Positions 62,301 through 64,000 of a DNA stretch of 64,000 nt are shown here, in pieces. The stretch covers positions 25,606,001 to 25,670,000 of the forward strand of contig OZ360250.1 of the NCBI GenBank assembly GCA_977017645.1. The letters are read 5' to 3'. The position numbers and the translations under genes were made by a program. Positions within the stretch are counted from its first letter, which is position 1, and every line of letters begins with the position of its first letter. Source of the DNA: Torpedo marmorata (Eukaryota). The notes beneath the pieces were generated by a model, which saw only the letters and a program-made list of their open reading frames with translations, was not told the origin of the DNA and made no database searches.

Positions 62301-63610
62301 CAGAAAATAATGTTATAACCTCGGATCAGACAAGTGGTCTTACTGGGGCCGGTGTGAATAACTGCAAACTTTCAATAGTGCCTGTACAATTCAAGGCCAA
62401 GAAAGGGGATGTAATAGTTAAAACATATGCATTTTTAGACCCAGGCAGCACTGCATCTTTTTGCACGGAAGGACTAATGAATAAACTTAATATTCAAGGA
62501 AAAAGATCAAGAATTATGTTAAAAACCATGGGACAAGAAAAGGTTGTTGAAACTAACATTGTTTCAGGCTTAGAGGTTGCTGGATTGGATGACAAAAAAT
62601 TTTGTGATCTTCCAAGTGTATATACTCAGAAGACTATGCCTGTGAATGAAGGAAATATTCCTCATCAAAGGGATATCCATCATTTAGCTTATCTGTGGAA
62701 GGTTTATTTACCTGAAATTAATTCTGAAATAGAAATGCTGATTGGTTCAGATGTGCCAAAGGTTTTGGAACCGAAAGAAGTAATAGAGAGTAAAAGGAAT
62801 GGACCTTACGCTGTTAGAACCAAGTTTGGTTGGACAATCAATGGACCACTGGAAAGAAATAATGATATTGCTCAGGAACAGTTCGCGATAAATATTAATA
62901 GAATTTCGGTTGTGAAAGTTGAATAGTTAAGCGAAGAGCAAAAAACTGTGAATAAGAAAATCACTTTTGAAGAAAAGAAAACAGATCAATGTGAAAATAA
63001 ATCAATGGTATTTAAAACAACATTGAAAGAATTAATTTCGTCAGAAATAGATGAAAGTGAAATATTAGAAGATGTTGCAGATAATACCATTGATTATTCA
63101 TGTGTAATTGAATCAAATACAGGAATAAAACAAGTGACTGAAAACAAATCTGAATGTAGATTTTGTAGTTCAGAGAATACAACAGACAAAGCTAATGAAG
63201 AAATATTGCAATGTGATGTAAAACTGGAAAACACAGAAAATTGTGCTGATGGAATAAAGAATAATGTGAATGATAATCTAATGCAATTGAATTCAGAGAA
63301 CAAAATGTTGAAAGGGGAATTGGAAATATTAGATAATCAAGAAAACAGTAAACAGAAAGATTTAATTGTAAGTAAAACTCGCAAAGTCAGAAAGCGGAAG
63401 AAAAGAATAACTGCTGAAGAAATGAATACAGTTATTGAGGAAAGAGATTCAGCATTATCAAAATGTAAAAGGTTGGAGGAAGAGATTAATATTTTAAAAG
63501 AGAACAAGTTATTGGTTAATAACACAAAACAGGTGACTTTAAAAACCAATCAAAAATGTAAATTGAATGTTCAACAATTAACAATGCAGAAAGAATGTGA
63601 TATTACACGG
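59303..63610 (+). mobile_element. BEL/Pao LTR retrotransposon, 3'-truncated (putative 5' LTR about 59303-59832), inserted in an old CR1
   Basis: Starts TGT; AATAAA at about 59719; BEL-type gag-pro ORF follows. CR1 RT sequence breaks at 59302 (..tctggaatcaaacatgg) and resumes at about 63611 (gtgtagtattctaaattc). LTR end is inferred because there is no second LTR. Confidence 0.8.
60281..62926 (+). CDS. BEL/Pao Gag-protease polyprotein with N-terminal SAP-like motif (881 aa)
   Basis: FDGDPLQYQSF Gag region; three Cys/His knuckles (CLFC..H....C, CFSC....H....C, CNIC...H...LH); aspartic protease AFLDPGS; GPYAVRTKFGWTING; SAP-like MKVSDIKEELKRL..DIRGNKKVLIERL. Confidence 0.88.
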   Translation: MAAAATDTAATDISAAGAATADVAVEDQRIEDMKVSDIKEELKRLKKDIRGNKKVLIERLKQSKDEEAASLNEQEDNLEMAEIVSPNDEEIEVVDDAKDIQFELDKEVSMKTTYELQDEIQASDSVSNAVSRRSKRSSGSSSRVSRTSSSALSRTEIEVDLAALLAQQKTLKNKHILEQKEEQLRQKEEQLRQEKEQLRQIKEQQELEANIAIAKAKKKAIEGSMVSGASSKLSKLSDNKGSYLKKESQEKKPTKRIDILEPRIQNLHIQGQTFQEHIGIESHVPIVTSESKAAAWVRSNEAASLLYESSIRNMEETTPVRFPNTLHATRDGEQSNVLSSKERQNEIAASLFQLQSLSSLPKKEIQTFDGDPLQYQSFMRSFKHNIEDKCQDRDECLYYLEMFTKGHPKEVVKSCKHMSSERGLDKAKALLEQYFGNKHRIALAYMDKALKWTSIKQNDVKALQEYTLFLRGCNAMEEIDNIRELEVHSNMRIILEKLPYKLWDRWRNLACDLQINYSRKIALKDLVNFLERQVYVETDLLYGNTRDNSMGKDVRKSNTQSSPKVKRSTFATNVQVISKEKDKVNKEKESLPNEKSCLFCKGGHTLEMCLRLEKKEHKENIAFLKENGICFSCLCKGHISKNCEKRINCNICNLKHPRILHIHNRNKELEKETTENNVITSDQTSGLTGAGVNNCKLSIVPVQFKAKKGDVIVKTYAFLDPGSTASFCTEGLMNKLNIQGKRSRIMLKTMGQEKVVETNIVSGLEVAGLDDKKFCDLPSVYTQKTMPVNEGNIPHQRDIHHLAYLWKVYLPEINSEIEMLIGSDVPKVLEPKEVIESKRNGPYAVRTKFGWTINGPLERNNDIAQEQFAININRISVVKVE

Positions 63611-63616
63611 GTGTAG
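62948..63616 (+). CDS. Unassigned acidic/coiled-coil ORF (222 aa) inside the BEL element
   Basis: Open for 669 nt in AT-rich DNA, in the same frame as gag-pro; no RT motifs; GTG start only. Confidence 0.4.
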   Translation: MNKKITFEEKKTDQCENKSMVFKTTLKELISSEIDESEILEDVADNTIDYSCVIESNTGIKQVTENKSECRFCSSENTTDKANEEILQCDVKLENTENCADGIKNNVNDNLMQLNSENKMLKGELEILDNQENSKQKDLIVSKTRKVRKRKKRITAEEMNTVIEERDSALSKCKRLEEEINILKENKLLVNNTKQVTLKTNQKCKLNVQQLTMQKECDITRV

Positions 63617-64000
63617 TATTCTAAATTCCGACTGACAAAAGCAATTTGGACATGAGACAAAACACATTCCATAGTTCCAGTATCTGCCACAATTAATCTC
63701 CTGCTATTTACACCCATTCAGCTTCCTCCAATACTTGTACAATCAGATGACAATAAACTTGACTTTATAGGAGATGAATGGGGCAGAAAAGCTGTCATGG
63801 ACTTGTTGGGCTGAATAGTCTGGATGATCTTGAAATTTGTTTTCTAAATAGAGCTGCAGAATTTGTCCAGGTTCTTGTATTCCATGGGGCTACTTATAAT
63901 GTTCCATTTAAGAGGTTTGCTTTCAGCTCTGTTGAAGCAATGGTAATTTGGGGACATCAGTGGATGCAATGATATGGATCAGGGCAAAGCTCATTATTTT

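Overview
Vertebrate genomic DNA, most likely from a cartilaginous fish (inferred from the V-SINE, CR1, Rex1, Penelope and DeuSINE-like repeats and the shark-type 5S-like sequence). The + strand carries the large terminal coding exon of SYNPO2L (4318-6983) and a complete MYOZ1 gene (5 coding exons, 18744-37645, 308 aa). A CpG-island promoter and first exon at about 45.6-45.8 kb probably belongs to USP54, by synteny only. The rest is mostly transposon-derived: CR1, L1/Tx1, Rex1/Babar, Penelope, V-SINEs, hAT and Tc1/pogo MITEs, and a 3'-truncated BEL/Pao LTR element with a SAP-Gag-protease ORF. The best candidate for an undescribed system is a modular family of non-autonomous retroelements. One Rex1-like 3' tail with a conserved stem-loop is joined to three different heads: 5S rRNA, tRNA-Thr(TGT), and a GC-rich AAGATGG-containing head. 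Also notable are a hAT MITE whose long inverted arms are made of SINE tails, a BEL LTR carrying NRF1/CRE/ZNF143 motifs, and a candidate extra in-frame MYOZ1 exon. Most short ORFs in the supplied track are spurious. All family assignments are by eye, with no database search.
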